DNA from: Nemertoderma westbladi
Lineage: Eukaryota; Animalia; Xenacoelomorpha
Direction: 5' to 3'
Length of the DNA stretch: 64,000 bases
NCBI GenBank assembly: GCA_032718475.1
Contig: JAUCBJ010007789.1
Span: 40,011 to 104,010, forward strand
Shown: piece by piece, positions 1-10,925 of the stretch
Numbering within the stretch: position 1 is the stretch's first letter
Layout: every line of letters starts with the position of its first letter
Notes under the pieces: generated by a model
Seen by the model: the letters and a program-made list of their open reading frames with translations, nothing else
What the model was told of the DNA's origin: nothing
Database searches by the model: none
Position numbers and translations under genes: made by a program

Positions 1-139
1 CCTACGCTGTGGGCCTGTGCAGTACAGCAGTATATGTCGCGTGGCCTACACGATCTATCCAACTGTACTCATATGCCCCCCTCTCGCTACTAACTACTGA
101 CTAATATCTATACTATGTATACCCCTCCACCTCTATCTC

Positions 140-755
140 TTACTCATCGGTACTACGTACCCTCTTACTACCCTCTAACTAACGGTACTACGTACCCTCT
201 TACTACTCTTACTCTAACTCTACTAACGGTACTACGTACCCTCTTACTACTCTCTAACTAGCGGTACTACGTACCCTCTTACTACTCTTACTCTAACTCT
301 ACTAACGGTACTACGTACCCTCTTACTACTCTCTAACTAACGGTACTACGTACCCTCTTACTACTCTCTAACTAACGGTACTACGTACCCTCTTACTACT
401 CTTACTCTAACTCTACTAATGGTACTACGTACCCTCTAACTGACTAACTAACTAACTAACTCTAGGTACTACATACCTTCTAACTGACTAACTCTAGGTA
501 CTACGTACCTTCTAACTGACTAACTAACTAACTAACTCTAGGTACTACGTACCTTCTAACTGACTAACTCTAGGTACTACGTACCTTCTAACTGACTAAC
601 TCCAGGTACTACGTACCTTCTAACTAACTCCTAACTAGCGGTACTACGTACCCTCTAACTGACTAACTCTAGGTACTACGTACCTTCTAACTGACTAACT
701 CTAGGTACTACGTACCTTCTGACTAACTCCTAACTAACTAACTAACTAACTCTAA
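140..755. repeat. Array of ~16 GGTAC-loop-GTACC hairpin units with CTA-rich spacers in the 3' untranslated region of element 1
   Basis: ggtactacgtacc recurs every ~30-45 bp, separated by ctaa/ctct/ctac low-complexity spacers. Confidence 0.9.
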
Positions 756-860
756 TTTTTATTTATTTTATTTTATTTTTATGTGTGGGAAGGGCGTCTC
801 GCCCTCAATCCCACCCCCTCAGTCCAAACTTGGACGACTAAACTACACTCTAACTCCACC

Positions 861-3731
861 CTAAGGTGTCCCTTCTAATAGACAGCATTTCCCTACAGCT
901 CTCCTGTAGGTTTTTCTGTCTTTCGCACCTATCTTGCCACCTATTCGCACTTCTACCGATCGGACTCTTCCGTCCTCATCGGAGTAAGTGCCTACGACTC
1001 TCGCCAACCGCCACTGGTTGTTGATGATAGTATCATCCGTAACGATTACGAGATCTCCCTCTCTTAACTCCCTATTTGACTTCCTCCACTTGCTTCTTTT
1101 GTGGAGCGTGGGTAGGTATTCCTCAACCCACCTCCTCCAATACTCTGCGCTTATTGCTTTTGCGACCTTCCAACTCTGGCGGGAGTGTATGTCATCTGGG
1201 TCTACACCCCGCATATCGATGGTCGCTGGCCTTTCCATTAGAAAATGGCTGGGTGTCAGCACATCTAATGACTCAGGGTCATCATTCTCTGGATATAGCG
1301 GTCTGCTATTAATGATCCCCTCGCACTTTGCAAGCACTGTCCTCAAGACGTCCTCAGTGACCATGTGTGTGTTCATTAGCTTCGTCATAAGACGTTTTGA
1401 ACTGCCCACCAGTCTCTCGACGCATCCTAGTGTATGTGGTGCATACGGCGTCCTTCTCTCCCACTTTACTTGTCGTCGTCTCATGGCCGCCCTGACTTCC
1501 TCCCCTTCCAAGATGTCCAAGGCCTCTGCCATCTCGTTCTCTGCACCCACAAAGTTGGTTCCGCTGTCGGAGTACATTACTGCGATCGTCCCACCTTTGC
1601 GGTCTCTGAATCTTTCCAATGCATTAATAAATGCTGATGCGGTTGCATCTTGGGCGAGTTCTATCCCTACCGCCCGCGTGTTGTTACATACAAAGATAAT
1701 ACCGTAGCGTTTCTCCGTGTGCCGCATCACCTTGATCTTTATCGGCCCGAACATGTCCACACCGCAATGTGTAAATGGCGGGTCGTGTTGTCTTACTCTA
1801 CTCGCTGGTAGTGGTGCCATCTCTTGTACGGCTCTCTCCTTCTTCGCTCGTCGGCAGGTCTGGCACTGCCCCACTACCGCTTTTACCTTCTTCCTCAACT
1901 GCTTGACCCAAAAGGTCCTCCTTATCTCCGTGAGGGTTCGGTTGGTGCCCCCGTGCAATATCGACTTATGGGAGTCCCAGATAATCTGGTGGACTATTGG
2001 CGATCCTGTGGGAATGATGATGGGTTTCGGTGGTATGACTATGCTGTTGTTGTATCCCACCCTAGAATTCATTACTAGAATCCCGTCGTCATTAAGTTGT
2101 GGCGACAGCGTGATCAGCTCGCTGTCCCGTCGGAGGTGCTGTTGGTTACCGACACGTTCCACCTCGTCGCCATAGTTCTTCCGTTGTTCATAGCGGATGA
2201 CTGCCTTGGCCGCTCCTTCCAGATCTATGGTTGTCCTGATCTTCTTGTCTTTGCCAACTCCCGCGAGGAAATTTCCGAAGGCTCTCCAGTACGCCACTAA
2301 TTTCTTGGTCTTATACCAACTAGAGCTGTAGCTGAGGAGTTTATCTGTTGGGTTATCGCACAGTTCTTCTGGTTTAGGTTGCACGTCCCTTATCTCCCTC
2401 ACCATCTGGGAGTATATCTCTTCTCCCTCTGAATCTCCCTCTTCTCCTTCTGACACTACCTCTCCTGAGTCCGGGTCCACCTTTCTCATCGGCGGCCAGG
2501 CCTCCTTGTCACTCAGAAACTGCGGCCCGTGTTGCCACAATCCTTCCTTTTTTAAGAAAGTGTGGCGTGCCACGCCCCTTGATAACAAGTCCGCTGGGTT
2601 CTCGTCCGTCGGGCAGTAGTGCCACCTTTCCAATTCTGTGGTCGCCCTTATCTCGTCCACCCTATTCGCGACGAATATTGGGTATCTCGTCCTTTCGTTA
2701 TGTAGCCAACCAAGCACTACCATGGAGTCCGTCCAGTAGTGTGTCTCCACTATGTTGGGAATAGTATCCACTAGGTAGGCTGTGGCTCTAACTCCTAGTC
2801 TCGCAGCTGTCAATTCTAATTTGGGAACTGATGCTGAATCTGGCGGCGTTGACTTTGCTTTGCTAAATGCCAGTCTGGGCTTGTGAGCCCCCTCTCGTTG
2901 TACTAAATAGAGTGCCGCTCCGTACGCCTCCAACGACGCATCAGAGAACATGTGTAGGTCCAGATTCGTCATGTTCCCACCCGGGAAATACACTCGTGGC
3001 ATGTTGTATGTTCCCATCTTCTCCAAGTCTCCTGTCCACTTACTCCACTGTTTCTTGATTTCCTCTGGTACCTCTACGTCCCACTCATCCTTCAATTTGT
3101 ATACTCTCTTGAGTATCTGTTTCCCCGTGACTAATAATGGGGATGCTAGACCTAGGGGATCGTATATCCTTGCTATATACGACACATAGCCCCTCTTCGT
3201 GTGGATGTCTGCGCCCTCCTGGCTCAGCTGATACTTCAGTTCGTCTGTCTCTCTGTTCCACACGATTCCCAATGCCTTCTGTTGAGATTCTGTTCTCTTG
3301 TTCGCCATGTCCTGCCCTTTGGCTGTTGTGGGATTATCCATGGTCGATTCTGGTCTCTTATCTTCTATCGCCTTGATAAATTCCTCCGAACTGGATTGGA
3401 ATTTGGTCAGGTTAACGCCGGATCCTTTTAGGATGTCGCGAACCTCGCGCCCCGTGTCCAGTATCTCCTTAACCGTATTTCCAGACTCCATTCCGTCGTC
3501 TACGTAGAAGCCGCGTCGAATCATATCGACGGCCCTAGCGCTATATCTATCCTCCTTCCCCTTCACTGTATCTCTTACTGCCATAGTCGTCGTAAATGAA
3601 GACGACTTGGCTCCCATGTTTTGTACTACCATCTTATATGCCGGTATAATTGACGGTTCTTCCTCGCCGTTATACCACAAGAAGCGTTGACTGCCGCTAT
3701 CTTCCTCCGTTACACGGACTTGGTTGAACAT
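861..3731 (-). CDS. pol: Pol C-terminal part: RT, RNase H, integrase (BEL/Pao)
   Basis: 956-aa ORF with YVDD, DAS/ELE/DS RNase H residues, zinc-binding H..H..C..C and DDE integrase core. It continues upstream (CLNDYLLEGPN..DIEGMF) across a frameshift near 3845. Confidence 0.95.
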   Translation of the reverse strand: MFNQVRVTEEDSGSQRFLWYNGEEEPSIIPAYKMVVQNMGAKSSSFTTTMAVRDTVKGKEDRYSARAVDMIRRGFYVDDGMESGNTVKEILDTGREVRDILKGSGVNLTKFQSSSEEFIKAIEDKRPESTMDNPTTAKGQDMANKRTESQQKALGIVWNRETDELKYQLSQEGADIHTKRGYVSYIARIYDPLGLASPLLVTGKQILKRVYKLKDEWDVEVPEEIKKQWSKWTGDLEKMGTYNMPRVYFPGGNMTNLDLHMFSDASLEAYGAALYLVQREGAHKPRLAFSKAKSTPPDSASVPKLELTAARLGVRATAYLVDTIPNIVETHYWTDSMVVLGWLHNERTRYPIFVANRVDEIRATTELERWHYCPTDENPADLLSRGVARHTFLKKEGLWQHGPQFLSDKEAWPPMRKVDPDSGEVVSEGEEGDSEGEEIYSQMVREIRDVQPKPEELCDNPTDKLLSYSSSWYKTKKLVAYWRAFGNFLAGVGKDKKIRTTIDLEGAAKAVIRYEQRKNYGDEVERVGNQQHLRRDSELITLSPQLNDDGILVMNSRVGYNNSIVIPPKPIIIPTGSPIVHQIIWDSHKSILHGGTNRTLTEIRRTFWVKQLRKKVKAVVGQCQTCRRAKKERAVQEMAPLPASRVRQHDPPFTHCGVDMFGPIKIKVMRHTEKRYGIIFVCNNTRAVGIELAQDATASAFINALERFRDRKGGTIAVMYSDSGTNFVGAENEMAEALDILEGEEVRAAMRRRQVKWERRTPYAPHTLGCVERLVGSSKRLMTKLMNTHMVTEDVLRTVLAKCEGIINSRPLYPENDDPESLDVLTPSHFLMERPATIDMRGVDPDDIHSRQSWKVAKAISAEYWRRWVEEYLPTLHKRSKWRKSNRELREGDLVIVTDDTIINNQWRLARVVGTYSDEDGRVRSVEVRIGGKIGAKDRKTYRRAVGKCCLLEGTP

Positions 3732-3832
3732 GCCTTCTATGTCACATGTGAAGGCGTGTTTCCCATTTCTAAATCTAAGTAGGACCTCTATCCCCGAGTT
3801 GTATATGTTTGGACCTTCTAACAGATAGTCGT

Positions 3833-4953
3833 TTAAGCATTTTCCGTTGGCTTTGCCGATGTGTCAACTACCATCCGCAGTTTACCTTTCTTTGGGTCTA
3901 AAGCCACGTGGAGTGGCAGGTAATATGTCCTGTCCGTGTTCGGTTCGTTGACCGGTAAATCCACGGCCCATCCTTTCTCGACGTACTTCTTGATCGTTCT
4001 GTGGATGTACTCATTCTTCTCGGGGCTCCGTTTTAGTGTTTGTTTCAGCTTGCGGAGTCTAGTGAGTACCATCCCTCTATTATCGGGCAGTGGTAACTTC
4101 GGTAGTTTCCATACCATTCCTATGGTGTACCGCCCCTCGTCGCACTTCATAGACTCCTCTACGCTCTGCTGAGCCTGTTTGTCTTCCACCGAGGTCCCGA
4201 CCCCGGTCTCCTTTAATCCTTCAAAATCCTGTCTGAGCAGTCTTTTAAGTTGCTCCTCTGCTCTCTCATCACTCATTTCCTGCGTAGTTCCCGCGAACAT
4301 GCATCCTGATGTCTCCGACGTCCTAAATGGTATCTTGCTCTTGATTGGGCCACTTAGCGTCCACCCGAATGGTGTCAGTATTGCCACCGGGTCAGACTGC
4401 TTGTCTTCGCCGAAGACCGTTTGCATTCTTTCGTGGGCCGTTGGGCAGTCCATTCCTACTATGATGGATACCTTCCTAACGTCCACATCTGGGATTGAGA
4501 AGTCAATATCGTCCAGAAATTTATATTGTTCGACCTCGATGTTGGTTGGCCGTCTGGCATTGATGTTTATTGACTCTATCACTTGGATGGGGTCGATGCT
4601 CGCCCCATAGTCGCATCCTGGTGCTATTGCTGCGATGGCGCACCGTCCGGTTCTCATCTCCAGGACCTCATCTTTGCTGGAGATGGTCTTTACCGCCATT
4701 CTACTTGGCCTCGTTCTCAATCCTATTTCTTCGGCCACCCAATCCTCGACTAGTGTGAAGGCAGCTCCACTATCAACCAGATCGTTGTTACTGATCGATT
4801 GCCTTCTCCAATCACTCGCACGGGTACTACCCCAAGTAGCACCGTTCCTCTCTTTTTTGCCTCTACTGTGCTCGTTGCCATCGTTTGGCCTTTCCTTTGA
4901 CCGAACTTGACCGGCGTCTCCTTGCATTCCCTAGCCCTATGTCCACTCATCAC
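3833..4953 (-). pseudogene. Aspartic protease and RT N-terminus of element 1, frameshifted
   Basis: LLGVVPVRV (4750-4953 frame) joins LVDSGA..IIVGMD..TPFGW..YYLPLH..KLRMVVD (3833-4927 frame). Frameshifts near 4780 and 3845. Confidence 0.88.
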
Positions 4954-7900
4954 ACATCGCGAGCAGATCTTATTGCTCGACGCATAATCTATCTGATCTT
5001 GCTAGATAGCGCTTGCCAGTACCTGCAGTTCATGGTTTGATGAAGCGCATTTGTATGTAGCTGGCATTTGCTCTTTGGGTCGTAGCCCTCCTTATGCAGT
5101 GCATCGCGTATCGCAGATGCGTTTGTACCAAAGTCCCTACTATTCTGATTGTTTGGATTCGGCCTACTGGACGTACTGGGGTTATATTTATTTGTGTTGT
5201 TATTGTTCCCCTGTCCGTTCCATGGTGTGGTCTTACTTTCGGCTACCTGTGGACTTGCAGTCCCCTGCGTCGCTGCATATGGCAGTGATTGCCTGAGCCT
5301 CGGTAATGCGTTTGATGTATTGTGCTCTGGTTTCGGTCTATGGTGATCCGTTTTCGGTCCCTTTCCCAGGCTATCCTCGCTATAGACTGGGTCGGTTATT
5401 AGTTCAGCTTCGTAGTTTAAGAAGCTTGACATTTCTTCTAAACCCGGTTCTGCACCCTTCCTATCTCGAGTTTAGAAAGCGATTTTCCTCCACTTGTTGC
5501 GCAACCACATCGGTAGTGCCTGCGCTATTGTGGTGTTGTTGTTGGACGCGTTGAGTTCGTATGGTGCGTCTAGCGTCTTTAACACGATCAGCACCTTCTC
5601 GACCTTGTTCGAAAATGTCTTAATGCTAACGGGATTATCCTGTAGGCCACCCGATCTTATGCCTCTCAGGGTCTGCCTGATGATCTTGGCCGGGTGTTCG
5701 TATTCCCTGTCCAGTGCCCGCCATGCTGTCGTGAAGCCGCCCTCTATGCCCTGATATTGCCTCACGATGTCGTATGCTGGGCCTCCTGTGTATACTTGCA
5801 AATACTTTAGGCACTCCGCCTGCGTTAAGTTCTTTGTTAGTATTTCATTGCTATACATACGCCGAAACTGGAGATATTCTTCCGGCCTACTCCCATCGAA
5901 TTTGAATGGTTCCACGGGTGGTAATTCGATCCTTGTTTTTAATGCATCGATCAATGTGGCCATCCCCATCGCCTGCGCTTCCAATGGATTCGATGGATGT
6001 TGTATAGTTCCTTCTGTTGGGTGCGGTCCGCTCGTTCTATTTTCTGCCTTTCTATGGCTTGGGTATATCATTGGGGGTAGCGGCCCCCTCCATATTTCTG
6101 TGTCACACGACCTATTTTCGTCCAATGGTCTCGTTGTCCTTGCTCCTATCGGGGTATATTGTTGATATTGCGATGGGGGAATGTCACCCTGTCCCCCCCC
6201 CACCGGTATGCTTGGTATTGGGGTTGATGTTAATATATTGGGGCCCATGCATCTATCCGCAATAATTCCCCCCTCCCCTGGGTATATGTTATATCCTTTC
6301 GTGCTGTAGTCATTCTGCTGCACTGGTACCGGTATAGGCCTATCAGCTTCTGGCCTACCTGCCGGTATGTACTCTGCGACTTCCGGGTTTAATTCCGTCG
6401 TCCGCGCTATCCTATCGCCTACATTATTTCTGTCAGCATGGCCTATGGTATGTGCAGTAAGGCCTACAGTATGTCCTACAGTCTGTATGTATTGCTCGGT
6501 ATCGAAGTTTATTCTTCTCGAATAATCCTCCCCGCGGTTACCGTACTCTCGTTCCGTAGGTATATCCCGTCGGAAAGTTTCTCTTCGACCCTCTCCACCA
6601 CTCTCGTCTATGTGCCGGTACATCGTGTACCCCTCCCTCGACGCGTAACGCGTCTCGTTAGGTCGCGTCTCTCCGGGGCGACGGCAATCTCCCGAAGTTC
6701 GACCCCACCGACTCTCTCTTTCCATCTCGACTACCGATGGCTCGCTATCCGTCCTCGCTCTCCTGTCGTTCGCGGCGATACTTCTTCTGCTGTCTTCTCT
6801 TCTTCTCCTCTCAGTGCAGTATTCCCGCTCGTGAGATCTCTCGTCGACCTCCCGGTTAAACTCCACTGTTCTTCTTCCCTCTTCTGATCGGGCTCGACGC
6901 TTCGTCCGCCCTCTCGCGACGTCAACCTGCTTCTTTCTGCTCGATCGCACGCCGCTGGGGATACTCGCAATCCCCCTATTACTCTCTGTCGCCGGGTGTT
7001 GTGGTTTACCTGATTCGGCCCGCGCATTACCCGCTGACGGGTGTGGGACACTCTCTGCCCCCCCCTTCTCGCCACTAACTTCTCGTTGTGGGGCTCCTGT
7101 AGCCCCCCCCCCCCCACTCGCCACATATCACACCGCTACCTCCAACTTCTCTTCTACACCCCTCTCCAGTCGACACTATATTTCTACTGTGGCTGGGTTC
7201 GCTTACCCCTGCCTCTCTCTCCACTACTACTTGGCCTATCGGGCCTACTCCGGGTTGGCTCAACCCCGCCACCTCCTGCCTACTAACTACGTGGCCTACC
7301 AGGCCACCGTCGGGTCGACTCAAACCCGCCACCCCCTGCCTACTAACTACGTGGCCTACCAGGCCACCGTCGGGTCGACTCAACCCCGCCATCTCCTGCC
7401 TACTAACTACGTGGCCTACCAGGCCGCCGTCTGTCGGCTCATGCACGTCCGACGCGTTCGCGTTAATAGCACCTATATTAGAAACGGAATTATTTTGTTC
7501 GTTCGGAATAGAATCATTTGGATTACTTTGTGCGACTACATTATTTGAATTATTTTGTAAATTCGGGCTTGGATTATTATTTAAATTATTTGAGTTATTA
7601 TTATTTTCTAAATTTAAATTATTATTCGGATTATTTTGCACGTTTAAATCGAAATTATTATTTAAGCTATCTGTATTTAAATTCAAATTACTACTACCAG
7701 GCAAAGTATTTCCTGCAATATAAGTTTGGTTAGGATTATCCGATACGGTACCATTAATATTAACGTCGTTTACTGTAGCATTATTATTACCCCCCCGCCC
7801 GTACGGTCACACCAGTTTCGTGTCTGTCGTGCGGTCTCTGTAAGTGGGGCATTAATAAATGTATCCACGGCCCTTGGCTCCTCTAAAATATTCGAGCCAG

Positions 7901-9320
7901 TCCCACTCTCAGACGCCCCTATCCGTGCCAATTCTAGTTCACGGATGCGTCTAGCCTTGTACTCTATAAGCTCCTTTTGCTCTCTTTCCACCTTCTCTTG
8001 CACACGCTTCTCTCTTGCTACTCTCTCCCGATCCTCCTGTGCGTTCTGGTCGGCCAATTCCGCCTCTCTCTTAGCTCGCTCCCTTCGTCTCGCCTCACGT
8101 TCTCTACGCACACTTTCCTCTCTCGCCTCACGTTCCTTGCATTCCTTTTCCTCTCTCGCCTCACGTTCCTTGCGTTCTGCCTCACGCTCTTTGCATTCCT
8201 TTTCCTCTCTCGCCTCACGTTCCACGCGTTCCTTTTCCTCTCTCGCCTCACGTTCCTTGCGTTCTGCCTCACGCTCTTTGCGTTCACTTTTCTCTCTCAC
8301 CACACGCTCCTCTTGTTCCCTCCTTTCTATTTCCTCACACTCTTTAAGGCTTTCCACGGCCTTCTCGGCCCTCTCCCTGGTTTCTCTAATCAGTACCGCT
8401 TCCCTCTCTAGTTGTATTCTCCCCTCCTCTAACCGTCTATTTAACTCTCTCTGACCTTGTTCTATCAGGTCGAGATGGTACGTGGCATTTATCTCTCTCA
8501 CCCGTCTTTCTTTCACAGAGGATGTAGCAGACTTATCGGTTACAACGGATTCCCTCCGCCTTCCCGACCTACTAGCTTTCCCCCTCTTCCCAGAACTTCC
8601 CCCGACCGACGAGATCGAATCCTCGGGCTCAACCTCGGATTCGCCCTCCTCAGGTCTCCTCCAACCCTCAAATTTTACACCCTGGGCATCGACTAAGTAT
8701 GGCCCTACGTACACTGCACTAGGTTGCATACCCCTACACCGCCATAAATCACACAGTTCCTCTGCAACCCCTCTCGCTCTCTCCTTGGCCAGTTCTCTTT
8801 GCCCGAAACGCATTAGATAGCTAAAATGTCTATTCGACTCACCTAGTCCTCTCGCTAACTTCACCTCATCTATCTCTGTTCCCTTCTTGGCCTCCTTTAG
8901 TAGCTTCCGGGTCGCGTTGTAGGCCCGTCGAAGTCGATCAGAAACCCTGACGTCCTCGTTGCCGACCTCTCCTCCGTCTCTCCGGGTCCGACGCCGTACC
9001 GGCGGCCCCACCGTCGCCGTTCCGGTGGGCCATCCGTCGCCCTCGGCCTGTGGCTGGCCGGCGACATCGGTCTGTCGACCCTCGTTCCGTGTCGACTCGT
9101 CTCCTTCTCCTTCCAACTCACCCTCTCGGTCTCTCAACTCGACCCACCCTCCTCTCAACTCGGCCTCTGGCTCCAGACGGCCCCCCTCGTCCTGAACTGC
9201 CGGATCACCCGTTACCGATGGGTCCGGCGTCGTGGGCCTATACCGCCTGGTCGCGGCCTCACGGATCGTTAGTTCTTCGTCCGGGGTCCGCGTCGGTGTC
9301 GTCTCTCCTGACTGACTCAT
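4954..9320 (-). pseudogene. gag: Very long Gag region of element 1 (E/R/K coiled-coil, Asn-rich tract, 20-aa repeats, capsid-like core, zinc knuckles), broken into 4 ORFs
   Basis: ORFs 7770-9320, 7075-7704, 5472-7124 and 4989-5432 join via G-run shifts (7790, 7103) and an in-frame TAA at 5472. FDGSRPEEYLQF..LKYL..DPVYS is the typical BEL Gag core. Knuckles CQLH..H..C and CSRC..GH..C. Confidence 0.85.
7235..7435. repeat. 60-bp coding tandem repeat (~3.5 copies; DGGLVGHVVSRQEVAGLSRP)
   Basis: caaccccgcc..cctgcctactaactacgtggcctaccaggcc at 60-bp period; about 2.5 copies at 14920-15065 in element 2. Confidence 0.85.
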
Positions 9321-9389
9321 CTCTCCTCTATAGATTGGTGGCTGGTAGATTACTGAGTTTAACTAGGGCGGCAGCTTTGATTTAATTAC

Positions 9390-9927
9390 TGTGACGGGAT
9401 CCAAGAAGGATCCCGGTTTATCTGGTTGTCAATTCACGCGTCCCCGCCGTGTGTGAAAGATAAAAGCGTTTACGTTGATCGTTGTATATAATATTCGGGA
9501 TATGTATAGTATAGATATAGATAATGGATAAGATAAATATTGTTGTACGCGGAAGGCGGGAAACGGTAATTAAAATCCCGGTTCTTCCCTAGCTAAACTA
9601 TTGCTACTGTAACACCAATAACACAGTGATAACTGAAGTGAGATGATTACTGGTACCTAATGATATATTGCACGGTTTGGCCTTGCTACTGTACCTAGCC
9701 GATGCTTCCCCCCCTGATTGGCTAATATCCCTGTTGGCGCCCTTTGGAGTGTTCCCGTTCACTCCACCTATTCTCTCTCGGTTAGGGGTTTGGCCCCTGA
9801 CCCTTATTGTGTTTCTCCTTCCCATTTTGTTGGGGTGACACGAGGTTGGGTAATCAATCTCGTGCTCCCAATATTGCTTAACGGTTAACTTTATGGGTTT
9901 GGGTTAGCGGAATTGAATAAGCTAACA
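9390..9927 (-). repeat. 5' LTR of element 1 (538 bp)
   Basis: Minus strand begins TGTTAGC and ends GTCACA (TG..CA). Collinear and clearly homologous with the element 2 LTRs. Confidence 0.92.
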
Positions 9928-10396
9928 TATAATAATATAAGAGTTTATCAGTGCTTCAGAGAGATAATAATATAAGAGTTTATCAGCGCTTCAGAGAGAT
10001 AATAATATAAGAGTTTATCAGTGCTTCAGAGAGATAATAATATAAGAGTTTCAGCGCTTCAGAGAGATAATAATATAAGAGTTTCAGCGCTTCAGAGAGA
10101 TAATAATATAAGAGTTTATCAGCGCTTCAGAGAGATAATAATATAAGAGTTTATCAACGCTTCAGAGAGATAATAATATAAGAGTTTATCTGTGCTTCAG
10201 AGAGATAATAATATAAGAGTTTATCAGCGCTTCAGAGAGATAATAATATAAGAGTTTATCATTGCTTCAGAGAGATAATAATATAAGAGTTTATCAGCGC
10301 TTCAGAGAGATAATAATATAAGAGTTTATCAGTGCTTCAGAGAGATAATAATATAAGAGTTTCAGCGCTTCAGAGAGATACTAATATAAGAGTTTC
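9928..10396. repeat. 35-bp satellite, ~13 units between the two LTR elements
   Basis: Unit AGAGAGATAATAATATAAGAGTTTATCAG(T/C)GCTTC, with a 33-bp variant. Confidence 0.98.
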
Positions 10397-10925
10397 TGTG
10401 ACGGGATCTACGGATCCCGGTTTATCCGTTGGGTTTTCTATCCACGCGTCCCCGCCGTGTGTGAAAGGTAAAAGAGTTCCGATGTTGGGTAATATGTATA
10501 AAGGTATAATAGTCTGATAGTTGATATAGTATAGTATGACACAACAGGTAATATATAATGGCGGTAGCGGACGGTGACAGAAGTCCCCGTTCCACCCTAC
10601 TGATCTGACTGAGTAAACTGAATGAATGATTACAGGTTACTGGTTATATTGCACGGTGGCCTTATTGCTACTCAATCGATGCCTTTCCCCCCTCTGATTG
10701 GTTGATATCCCTGTTGGCACCCTTTGGAGTGTTTCCCTTCACTCCCTGTGTTCTCTCTCGGTTAGGGGTTTGGCCCCTGACCCCTATTGTGTGTGTCTCC
10801 TTTGGGGCCTATTGTCCCCGTTTACTGGGCTGACACGAGGTTGATTGGTAATCAACCTCGTGCTCCCAATATTGCTTTATGGCTCACTCTATGGGTTTGT
10901 GTTAGCGGAATTGGATAAGCTAACA
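10397..10925 (-). repeat. 3' LTR of element 2
   Basis: tgtgacgggatc...gctaaca; direct repeat of 16734-17262. Confidence 0.97.

Larger units (their letters stand above)
1..9927 (-). mobile_element. BEL/Pao LTR retrotransposon (element 1), degenerate; 3' LTR outside window
   Basis: Minus-strand order LTR - gag - protease (LVDSGA) - RT (FYVDD) - Pao-type RNase H (MFSDAS, PKLEL, WTDS, NPAD) - integrase (HHCC; GVDMFGP, YSDSGTNF, VERLV; C-terminal GDLV). This domain order and these motifs are diagnostic of BEL/Pao. Confidence 0.95.

Noticed and set aside
140-755. Palindromic repeats with spacers resembling a CRISPR array
   Set aside because: Spacers are low-complexity and mutually related, and the array lies inside an LTR element's 3' region.
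988-9385. Numerous plus-strand ORFs over element 1 (and over 13124-16738)
   Set aside because: Antisense shadows of gag/pol with no independent motifs.
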